A stretch of DNA of 42,283 nucleotides. Source: Atractiella rhizophila. Its lineage: Eukaryota. Each line of letters opens with the position of its first letter. The stretch's first letter is position 1. The position numbers were made by a program, and so were the translations under genes. The notes beneath the pieces were generated by a model. The model did no database searches. It had not been told where the DNA came from and saw only the letters and a program-made list of their open reading frames with translations. Below are positions 20,866 to 32,791 of the stretch, piece after piece. Where the stretch lies: positions 77,451 to 119,733 of the forward strand of contig MU271197.1 in assembly GCA_021432655.1 (NCBI GenBank), written 5' to 3'.

Positions 20866-22466
20866 TCAATCGTCTGCGTCCTTGAGAGCGTAAGCTGTTA
20901 AAGCTCCTTCAGCATCTTGCCCGCTCTCAGGTGACTTGGGGGACGAACCGACTGAAACTCTTTGTTCTTTATGCTCCTCTCAATCTCAACTATCTTCGAA
21001 ATCGCCTTCCTAATCCTTTCAGCGTTTGAATCCACAGCCGCTAACTTGTGCTCAGGAATCCGAGAATCCGTCCATCCTACTAATGCGTAGCCTGGTTCGA
21101 TCTCGTAGTATAGGAGGTAAGAACCATTCGACATTCGCATTCGACTCCGGGATTCAGGCGCTTCTGATGTTACAAGGGTTGAAATTGATGCTGCGACAGT
21201 TTGAGGGGACCCAGGACGCGTTGGCCTGTCAGCAGAACTGTGATCAGTAAGGTAGAGGGGGTGACAATGCAGACATACTGATAGACTGTGCGGAATCCGT
21301 GAAGAAGAAGCAGGTATTGCATTAGCATATCGTAAGTTAGCGTGTCGAATGGTGAGGTTGTATCCGTAGCGACAAAAAGATTGTAAGTGGTGTTGAAGAT
21401 GAAAGCCCTAAGCAACTGGGAATTCTGTGTGCCAAACAAGGATAAGTGCGACATATACCATCTAAAGCAAGCCGACTGATGTAGGGCAAGGGGATACAGA
21501 CCGACACAAAGATGTCGAGTAATCTCTGAAGAGCAACTCGCTGAGGAATTAGACGTTCCACAACTTTCGAGAAGGCCGCATGGACAGTTGTATCGTAGAC
21601 TGAAGTGAGGTGGAACTGTATAAGAGATAGTAGCCTTCGAAGTTCTCTATCGTTCGACAGATTTGAAATATCGTCTATCGCAGTACGGATCATGTTTTGA
21701 ATCTCAGTGTTCTCCTCTGGATTGACTCAACTTGAACATGGACTATGCATGATCGAGAGACGAACCAGCTTTCGTGACATCCGATTTATCGTCTGCTTTA
21801 TCTGCACACGGAAGCGATGAGTGAGCGACGATTGGTCGAAGTGGAAATAGGCGTACGGAGGAACATGTGAAGGTGGATCGAGGGATTGGCCTGGAAGGCT
21901 TTCACGAAAGCGTAAGCAATGTCCTTCATGAGAGCATACTGCCTATCTGCCTGTCTTTCACCATGAATCTAAGTGACTGGACATGAAGGAAGAATGATAC
22001 ACGGATGTCAAAGACGACTATGAGGGAGCTCAAGTTTCTAAACTCGAGACCTTCAAATGGTTTTAGCCTCTCTCCAGGCTGCTGAGGAGCCCGATAATCA
22101 ATCAAGCGGACATCTGTAAAGGCTCTATTCACCCCCAGAGACACCTCAGCGATGAGTATACAACCTAAAATACCGCACGGACGAAAAATCATAGATCTGA
22201 CTTTCCCTACTTGGTCTCAGAAAGAGAGCCTCTCGAGGTTCCATTGCCTTGAACACCCTGTTGAACACGCTCGTCTTCCCGGCGCTAGAAAGGTGTTCTT
22301 GAGTAACTACTCAGAGATAAGGAGCCACGTACCCTCTAGCACCCACGAGATACACCTCCTGCCTAATTCCCCGCCTTGCCAAAGGGTCGATGGGTTGGCG
22401 AGCGACAGCTGGAAGTGGCTGAGGACGCGGTTGCTGGTTCGTAGTGGACCCATAACTTCGATCCAT
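20866..22466 (-). CDS. Divergent Rag/Gtr2 (RagC/D)-like small GTPase
   Basis: VYLVGARG|AGKTSVFNRVFKAMEPREALFL (G1), LIVVFDIR, NPSIHLHMFLH|KADD (G4), and FHLTSVYDTTVHAAFSKVVERLIPQ and FVATDTTSPFD, which resemble Gtr2. The last exon is ambiguous (stop between 20642 and 20866). Confidence 0.75.
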
Positions 22467-22842
22467 AGAGCCCGTCTCTTACTTCAGAGAACTTATTGTA
22501 AGGGGTCGTAAGTGATTGTGATGACGAAACTCCGCTGAAATCGGTGAAATCTCTGTATGGAATTCTGGATTCCACTTTCGATGCAGGGTCAGCTGATGCT
22601 ATCGGAATGCCGAATCATGTTCAAAAGTAACAACATACCATGCGAGGTATCGGTATCTTGCATAGATAAGCGTTTAGCTTTTAGAGTAGAGGTAAAATGA
22701 CACTAGCCAAGCGCTGGGTGTGAAACAGTGGTATAGATTATAGCATGTGGCATAAGACAGCATAGCAACAACAATGTCCTTTCAAATATTTCACAACATC
22801 AATCTTAAAAGTCCTACAAATCCTCAATCCATCCAAGATTTC

Positions 22843-24278
22843 TCAGGGTCCATCAGAATACAAAGGCGGGAGTACCGGCGGTCGAGGAAGCTGAGGAGCA
22901 GAGCCAGCTTGAGGGAGATTGGTGGCGGAGCCACTGTTGGAATGCTGGTCAAGCTGCAACGAATGCCTGATCCCTTCATAAGGATCATCAGATTGTTGAG
23001 GGCTTCTAGGGCTCTGGGCTCTCTGCGCGAAATCGTGTTGGGACATAGGAGGAGGCTGATAAGATATGGGCTGGTGGCCATATCCATCACTCTGCGGATA
23101 GTCCCCGTAGATGCCACCGCTGCTATACCCTCCCGTTCGTCCTCCGTCCCCACCAGAGCCGTAGTTGTATTCCTCCGAATCGCGGTGGTCAAAGGTGGAC
23201 GTGTCGTCGATGGGATGACCAGTATGGGAGGCAGGGGCTTTGAATCCAGGAATCTTGGGACCTAGCTTGCGGGTTTGGAACCAAGTACGGAAAACGAGAT
23301 AGAAGGATAGACTCCACGCAACTATGTCTCTATCAGAAGAGTAGGAGGGGAGATGGAAAACAGTCGACTCACGGAAAGAGAACCAGAAGAAGGCAGCCCC
23401 GGCACGCTTGTTGAGGCAGAAATCTGGAAGATCGTCAATGTACCCCTCTTTGCCTGCATGAGGGTCCTTTTTATAATTCTTGCACCCAGCTGTGTATGCA
23501 GATATGGTTGTTAGAAGTCTATGGTCAAAGAATCAACAGCGTTTTCTAGGAAAAGAAGTGGGAAAAACGCACGAGCCGATCAGCATCAGCCCTGTCTGCG
23601 TCCCGTTGACTATGAAGCCAACGCGGATCTGCCTTAAGGCCCGCGCGAATCCCTTCAACTTATCCCATCGCTGGTAGATGAAAGGGACAGTAACTAGTGT
23701 CAACAGAAAGCGCGTCAGTCCGGGGGACTGGAAAGGCATCAACCGACGAACTCATGACTATACCGTGAGCCAGTGCTTCAGCGGCGAGAAAGATGCTCAA
23801 TCCAATACCAAAGCTAGTGCTGAGTCCATGACTAGTTTGAAAGGTAGCGCAGGCGAGATAGATAGCGAAAGCGATGAGAGGGAAGAAGATGAGGGCGAAT
23901 CGAAGTGCCAACATCCGGCGTGATAAGTCATCCTACATACAGGCCCCTCAATCACAGACCCATAGATAAAACAGCGCGACGTACATCCTCCCACCCACGC
24001 CCTACTGTGGTGGCGGACCTGCTCACACTCGCCTGAGGGCCTCCTCGCACACCCCGGTCTTCATCTCCGCTGAGAGGAACTGCAGAGTGTTTTCCTTTCC
24101 CAAAAGCTCTATTCCCATTCCAACCTTGATCAGCTCTTCTCTTCCCTTCCTTTAATGGGGCTGAAGGGGGCAACGCGCCTATTGAGCCCTAGACGACAAG
24201 TCAGCCCCTAGTCTCATCCAGGGAATAAAACCAACCTGTAAACTCGAGATTTCTTGCTTTTTCTAGAAAGCCCGACAT
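22843..24278 (-). CDS. MARVEL-like four-TM membrane protein with Gly/Pro-rich tail
   Basis: Spliced product MSGFLEKARNLEFT|GALPPSAP...GWED|DDLSRRMLALRFALIFFPLIAFAIYLACA...VPFIYQRWDKLKGFARALRQIRVGFIVNG...GCKNYKKDPHA...LPDFCLNKRAGAAFFW...DDPYEGIRHSL...YSDGP*, with four hydrophobic helices. Confidence 0.7.
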
Positions 24279-24577
24279 TTGATTGGTTTATAGAGACGTT
24301 GGCAGTCGTTATACTGAGAATACGTTCACTGTGTCGTTCGAGCTTGGTCGTCTTTTGCAATGATGCAGTGGTTGACTGATTTTCTACTCCAGCGGCTTCG
24401 TTTTCACCTTCGTTTTTCCGCATTGCCCGGCCGTCTCCGGCTGTGGGAGTCATTGACTTGCAAAGGATTACAAAGGAATCCCCGACCTGAACTAAGTTTA
24501 GGAGGGTCTTTGTCGAGCTCAAACACGATCATCCGGTGACATTCCTGTTGCACGCAGCACTTACCGACTTGCATCCG

Positions 24578-24593
24578 AGCCCCTCGAGGGGCT
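24578..24593. repeat. Perfect 16-bp GC-rich palindrome AGCCCCTCGAGGGGCT
   Basis: Directly visible. On the minus strand it is followed by CGGATGCAAG|T, reminiscent of a Helitron 3' end. Confidence 0.8.
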
Positions 24594-24904
24594 ACTAACT
24601 TTACAAACCTGGTCCACCTTTTTTCTGCCCGCCCAAATCTAACATTACAACCTGCACCTGCCCTCTAAGCGTAAACACAAAGGTGACATCTGAGAAATGA
24701 AAAGATAACTTCCTGATCAAGTGTCTTGTTCATTCAAATCTTCAAAACTGATAAGTTTGTGTCTCACAATTCAGACATGAATTGTACAGAATTCTCTTTC
24801 CAGCCCCTTTACTCTTGCCAAAATTATTGCAAGGAAGAAGCAAAGACGTGCTCATGAAATAATGAGAGGGAACAAAAGAAACATCATTGAATGCTCAGCA
24901 GAAG

Positions 24905-25362
24905 CCAAATAGTAGCCGTCATAGCTGTACCGGCATTGGGGACGAGCATGTTCACCAGGATTCCGTACATTTTCCTTCAATGGAAAGTGCCTTGGAGAAT
25001 CCAAGAATTGCAGCCTTTGCAGTTGAATAGTTGGCTTGTCTGAAGTTCCCAAACAGTGCAACGACGGAGGTCGCATTCACAATCGACCGTATTTCTGTGA
25101 GAGGAAATGAGGCCATGCTGCTTTGGTGCAGGAGTAGGTGCCTTTGAGGTGGACGGAGTAAACCAGGTCCCATTCTGCATCGGTCATGGTGGTAAAAGAT
25201 TTGTCCCTAAGGATACCGGCGTTGTTGACCAGAATCTGCAGCATCGATTCAGCCTGGCTCAGCATATGGAGAAGAGAAGTATACATGGACTGTGCGAAAA
25301 GCATCAATGGCGGTCTTGATGACCTTTTCTCCTTCTGTCACAGAATTGGTGTTAGCGACAGC
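24905..25362 (-). pseudogene. FOX2: Frameshifted fragment of peroxisomal multifunctional beta-oxidation enzyme (Fox2 SDR domain)
   Basis: [40 protein letters not shown]...[30 protein letters not shown], frameshift, [38 protein letters not shown], frameshift, YGILVNMLVPNAGTAMTATIW. No start or C-terminal domains; one intron is retained. Confidence 0.88.
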
Positions 25363-25473
25363 TTGATGATCATGCTGCATTTTTTGCCAAGGTTGAAAAG
25401 AGCTGGCCATACAAGGTACCTGAAAGCATGAAGAAGGCATGCACTCGTTATTACTGTAATGCAACAATGTAGG

Positions 25474-25783
25474 TGTCAGGTTTGCATCTTACGCAAATCG
25501 GCGCCCGTTCGCCAGATTGCGTCTCCTGTCGCCCATTTGCGTTCCCTGCGAATCGGTGCCCGTTCGCCACTCTGCATCTCCCGTTCGCCCATTTGCGCCT
25601 ACATCACCACTTAGCCCAATTGTGCTTATCCTCCCCGCGTCATCCCACTGTCACTTCCTCTTTTAGTTCTCTTACATGTTTCATCTGCTCTCCTCTACGC
25701 TCTGTGGCAGTGTTATTCCGCTTGTATATATAGATCCGAGAGTAGTGGAGGTGACCTTAGAGTATAGAAAGGAGAGATCTTAC
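25474..25783 (+). mobile_element. Solo-LTR-like (or Helitron-end-like) repeat remnant
   Basis: Starts TGTCAGG and ends GATCTTAC (the terminal A of TG...CA is missing). Internal CTTGTATATATAG and short direct repeats CCCGTTCGCC x3 and CGCCCATTTGCG x2. It abuts the hexokinase break point. No target-site duplication seen. Confidence 0.45.
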
Positions 25784-26944
25784 GCTGCATTACAGCCTGT
25801 TCCGAAGATAACGCCGATCTTGGTGAGAGGATCAACATAGTGAGAAGCAATCAGGGTGCCCGTGGTGTCATTGATGATGGCGGAAAGTTTAATGGGCAGT
25901 TCCTATATATTCCATCAGCATCAAACAGCGCTTGAATGTGAGCTGAACAGACATATTTACTGAGAGATTTCTTAAACATTTCTACGACGTCATTGCCCTC
26001 CACATTCGGATTTCCGAATCCTTTAGTCCACCTCAAAAGCACGCCATGGTCAATTCTGTCTTGAATGACAGGGTAAGAGAAGGTGAATCCTAGGGGGAGA
26101 TCCCCATCCAACTTTAGATCTCCGTTTTCGTCACCATACTGGTCCTGAATAAAGCTCGCGAGGCACTCTGCGCAAAAGTCAAACTATTCAATTCCCGTTA
26201 ATCCATGACCTTTACAAAAGACGAAAACTCACCAGCTTTTGACCCTCTTCCTGTTTCTGCTCTTCCGTCAACCGGTATTTGGCCTGAGTGATTTCGAACT
26301 TCCCCTCCCCTTCTAGAGTCACTTGACAAACTCGCAAATTCGTTCCTCCAAGGTCCACAGCAAGGTACTTCCCAGTTTCGCTACCTGCTGGCCAGCCAAA
26401 GACCCAAGTCGGGATCATGGGCTAAAGCAGTTCGTGTTTCAGAGAAAACATCAAGCATAAACCAGAGGCATAACTTACAACCATCTGTCCATTTTCAGCC
26501 AGACCTTTCTCGAGCGTGTCGATGAAAGCGTCAACGATCATTCGCATCCTGCAGCTACTGTGAACTCCATGACATCACCAGCGGACTGCAAACCTTTGAG
26601 GTGTGACAGCAAATGTATTCTCAAGCTTCCTAAGATGCTCAGCAATGTCCTATATTGACAATCAGCTTCTCAGGCCGCTTGTTACGGGAACATACCTGTT
26701 TGACTGCCTTTTGCGTCTCCTCGGGATCTTTCGAGCTCCACCTCTCCCTCAATAACCATTTCTCCACGAATGCAAAGGCTTACGTAGAAAACCAACCAGG
26801 GGTAGTGGATAGCCGCCCAGCGACTGCAGAACCTGAATTCCGCCTAGTGCTCAAAGATCCCCTCCTGATAGGCGATGGCATAGCTTCTCCATCCTTTCCA
26901 AATTTAAGGGAAGATCGCCTGGGAATTATGAGTGGGCTGGTCAT
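25784..26944 (-). pseudogene. HXK: Hexokinase, N-terminal half only (3' half absent from this locus)
   Basis: PMIPTWVFGWP...YLAVDLGGTNLRV, LPLGFTFSYP...LLRWTKGF and INDTTGTLIASHY...IGVIFGTGCNAA, after which no YME/NCEWG/FEKM continuation is found in the window. Confidence 0.8.
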
Positions 26945-27123
26945 GTCCAAGTAGCTTTGAGGATTCTGGGGTCTAAGCGGCAGCGGAAAGCAAGTAGGCT
27001 GAAAAGCGAAATGCTTGGTGTCAAATAGAAGGTGATCAAAGTTTATCGCCTAATCTGATCCTGTGGCGTGCCTTCGCAACAAACAGATTAACTTTGTTTA
27101 CCCATTCAACTTCAAGTCAAGAG

Positions 27124-28153
27124 ATGGCACCTAAAGGCAAGCCAGGAGAGAACGCAAAGAAAGAGACTGGGCGCGTGAGTGTATTTACCAACGTAATTTC
27201 TGATTTAAGCGGTGGACATCAGGCAAAAAAGGCAGCGAACGAGGCCCAAAAAGCTGTTCAGAAAGCAGCCGATGCGGAAGCGAAGGAGGCAGAGAAGTGG
27301 TCTCAGGGAGCGAAAGGGAAGGTGCGTTATTTCTTAGATGCCATTGATTTACACGGGTGAGAGTGTTCGTTAGAGTGCGAAGGAGGATAAGGTTGATAAA
27401 GCCGCCGCTGCTGCTGCAAGAAAAGCAGAAAACGCCAGGTTACTAGCGTACAGTTTCCTTCCACACCTTGTTAGACTGCATTCTGAATTACTTCATAGAG
27501 AGGAAGAAGCTTCAGCTCCGAAGACAGTGAAATCGGGTCCAACCGCCAAAGGTAAATCGGCACCTAAGCCTGCGACAGCAGCTTCCGCGTCAGCTCCAAA
27601 GAAAGACGATATTCCGGATTTTGACCAACCAGAATCCTTCAGCGCTTCTGGCATCGATGACGCGCTCGATATGCTCACACTGGTCACCGAGAAGAAGGAT
27701 AAAGCAGCTGAGGGAGCGAGGGCTGCTCAGTCCATCGATTCGCACCCTGAAAGGAGATTTAAGGCTGCCTTTGAGGTACCTTGTCGCCTGTTGTTGGTGT
27801 TGGTGATATTTTGCTAATGACATCGGACAGGCTTACAAAGACAGAGAACTCGAACAGCTGAAGAAGGAACGACCAGGAATGAGGCTCAATCAATATCATG
27901 ACATCTTGTACAAGCAGTTCCAGAAGAGGTATGCTTTTAGCTCGAGTTTATGAATATTGATTCTTATATGGGCTAAATTCTGCAGCCCCGACAATCCTTT
28001 TAATCAGGTCACCGTCTCTTATGATGCGACAAAGGAAGAGAAGGTTGGGGCCCTCAGGAAACAGAGGGAGGAAGTGGAGCGGCGACTGAAAGGTACCAAC
28101 TTTTATCTCGACTGCAGGTGGCTAAAAAGTTGTGTGGATTTACAGACAACTAG
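27124..28153 (+). CDS. CCDC124: CCDC124/Oxs1 (DUF1014) family protein
   Basis: MAPKGKPGENAKKETGR|AKKA, SASGIDDALD, DSHPERRFKAAFE|AYKDRELEQLKKERPGMRLNQY...QFQK|SPDNPFNQ. Confidence 0.9.
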
Positions 28154-28407
28154 ATATTGCGGTGTTGTACCATTATGGAAGAACTTAGCATGAGCTCACA
28201 ATATGATGTAACATCAGGTGCACCAAGCACGAACTTTCAGCCACTTATGATGACGCTGATCGCAGAACCGTCTTACCTTTGGCAGCCAGTGACTTTTGAG
28301 ACGTTGCAATATTGGTTTCAAACTTTCATGAGCTTTGTTACAGGAACTATACATAGCACAATCGCAATGTCCACCTTGTAAGCTACTCGTTGTTGCACTT
28401 CCACATT

Positions 28408-29110
28408 CTATTCGTTGAAGAAGTCTAGCTCCTTCTGCTCATCAAATATAGCATCCCACGTTGTGGGTCTGCCATCTGCGTCCCGATTCCCTTCATCTGT
28501 CAAAAGGGAATGAAAGACAACATCATCCGTGCCCCTGTAAGCCCATCAGTATCACAGAGCTGTCCGTTTGGGAGTCCTGACCTGTTTGGTGGATCATGGA
28601 TCCTGCAGTAAACAATGAGGAAATCGAAATGAATGAGTATGCAAGAAACTTGCCGGACATGGATGTAGGCATCGTTGAGCGCTGGAATCTTAATCTTTCC
28701 AAAGATAACAGTACTTTAAAACACCTTAGACATCTGCGGGTTCCGTGACGGCAAAACAAACCCATAAGGCGTTGGGCCACTTCTCACCTGCACAATCTCA
28801 TCGTACCCCACATTCATAGGCAGAGAGAGGATAGACAGCTAACCAATACCAAGTCCTTGGATACTTTGAAAGACGTGAGCTCCGAATCGCTCAACCCCTT
28901 CGCTCTCTTCCACATCTCAGGTTCATGAGCGTCCCAATGCTTCCTCGAAGCAATGACTGCTTCCTTGATCTTCGTATCTACTTGTTCAAACGCTTGGATC
29001 GCATTTTCAGCCGGGCGGTGAGATCTAAACGAGAATCACATTGAAACGTGCCTGAGTAGATGGAAGAAACAAAAGGCGCACTCATTGAGAGGTACGGTTT
29101 CCTTATCCAT
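28408..29110 (-). CDS. Conserved fungal hypothetical protein
   Basis: Multi-exon product MDKETVPLN|...KIKEAVIASRKHWDAHEPEMWKRAKGLSDSELTSF...VRSGPTPYG|...IFGKIKIPALNDAYIHVR|IHDPPNR...DEGNRDADGRPTTWDAIFDEQKELDFFNE*. Includes a GC-AG intron at 28653. Confidence 0.7.
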
Positions 29111-29156
29111 GATGTTCTGAGTTCAATTTACTGGTGGTTCTCCCTGAGGCCACGAA

Positions 29157-29170
29157 GGGTCACGTGACCC
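29157..29170. promoter_or_regulatory. 14-bp palindromic E-box GGGTCACGTGACCC in a 77-bp bidirectional promoter
   Basis: Perfect palindrome with a CACGTG core (Cbf1/bHLH-type) between divergent ATGs at 29110 and 29188. Confidence 0.55.
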
Positions 29171-29187
29171 GGAGTGACCAGCAGAAA

Positions 29188-31200
29188 ATGATGAAGGACA
29201 TTCCGACCTACTTAAAGAGAAAGGTGTTAGGCGATGGAGAAACTGTGAGTGACATCAACTAGAAATCCTGCTCTGAGGCGCTGTATTTCAGGTTACCTAT
29301 CGTGCTCTCAGCCGCGAGTTTGACATTCACGTTGACACAGCAAAACAGTGCGCGTCTCATGAGTGCTACTAAAGCCAACTTAGACGCGTTTAGACACTTG
29401 AATGACTTCTATTCGAAGTACAAAGACGATACCGACGTTTCCTTAAGTGCAACATGGTATCTTTCCGGAGTGTTGTGTAGCACGGAGAAGAAGGACCCGA
29501 ACGCGATGGAGGTGGATGGGACAGGAAGTACTATGGATTCTTCGAGTAAGGCAGAGGGGCTGCAGAGAATTGGAGTGTTTTTGGTCAAAGGCTCTGACTT
29601 GGAAGGTGCGCTTTTCTTTACTTGCAGACGGGATGTCACCCAAGGAGCTGCAGAGAAGAGCAAGGCGTTTACCAATGTTACAAGTCAACACATCCATGCG
29701 CTGCACCCTGCTCCTCTGAACGTCGGTTTCCCCTAGATATTTACAATCATGAAGTTCATCTTATGTACAGGATCTGCGCGTACTCTCGGTCGCGAACCTC
29801 TCCCTCGTCACTGAAGAAAGATACCGGAAGTCATGGACAGAAGACTTTGGTGCCAAGTACGGTGTCATTATGGATACAAATATGGAGTATTCTGATGTCA
29901 ATTCTTCCCATCCTTTGTGTCCATGCCTGACATTATGAATGGGTTACGCAGAAACCACGCACAGTCCAAAAGGCGAAAGCTGAAGAGGTCAAACCTAAAG
30001 TGACTGAAGAGAAGAAAAAGGAAGGGAAGAAGAAGGAAGAAAAGCCATCTCTCAAGCAAGGAACGAAACGTAAGTCTGTCGGCGTTGACGAGGAAGAGCA
30101 GAAGTCCGCAAAGCCACAGGAAAAAGGGAAGGGCAAGGCGTCGAAGATTGCTCCAGATAAGGAGGATGGGCCGGCTGCGAAGAAAAGGGGTAATAGAAAC
30201 TTCACTGAGGATGAAGACGAGGTGATAGAGTCTGAGAAAGTGACGACGAAGAACAGGAGAAAAAAGCCTTTAGATTCCGATGTCGAAATGGAGGACATGA
30301 AACCACAGAAAGGTGACGCACGATCGACCAAGGAGGACCATATGGACAGTGCACTGTCGGAGGAGAAGTTGGATACGAGAGGAAAGGGCGGCGCGAAGGT
30401 CTCCAAATCACGCCCATCGAAAACCGTTGTTACATCTGATGATGACGGAGAGGCTCCTATGGCGGAAAGGAAAGACCGAAAGCGTGTGAGAAAGACAAGG
30501 ATGGTTGCTAGAAAGGAGAAAACCAAGAATGAGAAAGGGTATACCGGTTCGTCCAATCCCAAGTCAAGTCATTATGATGATACTGATTGCTTCTAAAGTT
30601 ACGCGCACTGTCGATGTCGAAGAGTCCTATTCGGATTGGGAATCGTCAGACGATCCTGCAAAAAAGAAGAAAGGCTCTGCTAAGCGAAAGAAGAAGGTAG
30701 ATTCTGATGGAGGCGACAAACCAAAAGGCAAGAAGAAGACCAGCAAGGCGACTACGAGTGAATCGGAGGACATCGCTCCGAAGAAGAAGATCCTCAAACG
30801 AAGAAAGTCGACAGGTTCCTCGTCTGAGTCGGATGACGATCCGTCGACGACGTCCAAATCACGGTCCAAGCGACTGGAACTCACAAGCGAGGACGAGGAA
30901 GAGAGGCCGAAGAAGAAAGGAAGAGAGGGATCGTCGTCTTCGAGCAGCGAAGAAGAAGAAAAGCCCAGGAGGAAGGCGAAGAAGAAATCTTTACCTGAAA
31001 GTGATGAGGAGGAAGAGGACAAGCCTAAGAAGAAGCCAAAAAAATCCTCAACAACCGAGGACGAAGAGGAGGCACCAAAGAAGAAAGAGAAGAAAACAGT
31101 CGGGGAGGAGGAGAAAAAGAAAAAGAAGGAGGTTGGGAAGAAAGCTGACAAAAATGGTCAGATGAGTTTGGGGAGCTTTTTCAAGGTGAAAACGTCCTAA
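29188..31200 (+). CDS. POL32: DNA polymerase delta subunit 3 (Pol32/Cdc27)
   Basis: N-terminal VTYRALSREFDIHVDTAK...ATWYLSG, a Lys/Glu-rich linker, KNEKGY...VTRTVDVEESYSD and C-terminal PIP box QMSLGSFF. Confidence 0.9.
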
Positions 31201-31261
31201 GGTTCATGTGTGGATATAATGCAAGCTTAAACTCATGAAGCGTTCGTTACATACATCCCTC

Positions 31262-32791
31262 TCAATTCGTCTCATCTTTATTCATCTTCTCCCGCTGCAA
31301 AACATACCCAACTCGAAACTTGTTCGCGCATTTTGACCAATTAATATACACCTCGACCAGGACCGCGTGCAGGAAGAAAGCTGTCCACAAGGCGAATCCG
31401 TTTGAGATTCTCGATTGACTGCCCGAATGTACTTTGCCCATACCACTGTGAGCGAGAACTGGTACTTGCACACCCTCCCCTTCCTCTTCGGATAGCCCGA
31501 CGCAGGTGGGCCAACGGGATGCAAAGTCGCGATGTGTCCCTTCCACGAATGATATCTGTGCACAACTCCACACTGTGTAATACGCTGCATCGCTGTCTTT
31601 AAGGATCCGACGAGTTAGGAGACTTAGGATCCGTGCCGTAACGACGATACCATTATAAGTGACACCACCTGGGAAGGGTCTGTCAGTCAAAGACGTGAAT
31701 TTTGGCAAGAAAACTCATTACGCATCATCCACTCCCGATGTCTCCTTGTGTCCCTTTTAACGTAGGAGTAACCGATCAAAAGTGCGGCGATGCTCAAAGC
31801 GCCTGCAGGACAAGCTCATCGGATGGAGGAGGCCAGCTAGGTATGGTACTAACCTGAGATGTACCAAAGCCCTTGAATGCTGATATCGCCTCCAAAGGAT
31901 CGTCGTCCCAATATGGCACCAGTGATTAGGGAAGGGATGAGAAGACCAAGGGAAAGATAGCCGTTTAATCTGTGCAGGAAGATGCTACGCTTCAATTGGG
32001 ATAGATGTTAACTTCCAAAAACATGTGAGGAAGTTCACACACTCGACGAATTGCTGGCACAAACTGGAAAATGACGAAAATGCCTGTTACTATAGCAGGA
32101 ACAGGTTAACGTGGTGAAGACAGGTAGAGGGAAACGTACTGATTCCGAGGTATATATGGATTATTAGGTTCGGTTTGTAGAGAGATTTCCTATACCAATA
32201 GTACTCGCCTTCACGCAAGAAAGATTTACTGACTTGACTCCCAGTCAAGAACAGGAGAAGCTACGCACCAGGGACAAGTTCGGACCGAAATTTAGAAGGT
32301 GACAGTAAGATTGTTCTCGCGAGTGAGAAGCCAATGTATCCACCAGCCGCAATGAACCCTGGCCAAGAAAGCTGAGATAAGTCTGAAGGAAACTATGGGG
32401 AGCTATCTCACAGAAAAAGAAACTCCAGCGCTCTTGAAAACCCAGGAGACTGCTCAGGGACCAATAAATTTTGGCGAACCGTCGCGTTACTGTCCAACCT
32501 TGAAAGGTCCGAAGAATTCCTCTCTGGCTAAGTGAGACTTTCTCCTTCTCTGGCACAACCGTGGGGAGTATAGACGGTGGATAAGTGCCTTTCTTGACGG
32601 ATGATGCATCTTGGGATGAACCAGCTGTCAAGGCTCCAGGAGAACTGAGTTCTATCCTCCCATGAATCAGTTTGCTGTCCATTTCAAAATATATACTGAC
32701 CTGCTGCAGAGTCGAGCGAAGAGTAGGGATGAGAAGACATCGCAACGTGACCATCAGCTGTCGGGAGAGCAGGGGTTGTTAAGTCTTCCAT
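31262..32791 (-). CDS. DUF2306-like multi-pass membrane protein
   Basis: GEYYWYRK...IIHIYL, IFQFVPAIRR, FLHRLNGY, GRRSFGGDISIQ, RRHREWMM and GFALWTAFFLHAVLVEVYI. Start uncertain (32791 or 32740). Confidence 0.75.

Noticed and set aside
25500..25600. Interspersed short direct repeats resembling a CRISPR array
   Set aside because: Repeats are only 10-12 bp with irregular spacing, the context is eukaryotic, and there are no cas genes. They fit better as internal repeats of a transposon end.
29933..31165. Long antisense and alternate-frame ORFs (29933-30562, 30627-31151, 30707-31165)
   Set aside because: By-products of the low-complexity Lys/Glu/Ser codons of POL32.
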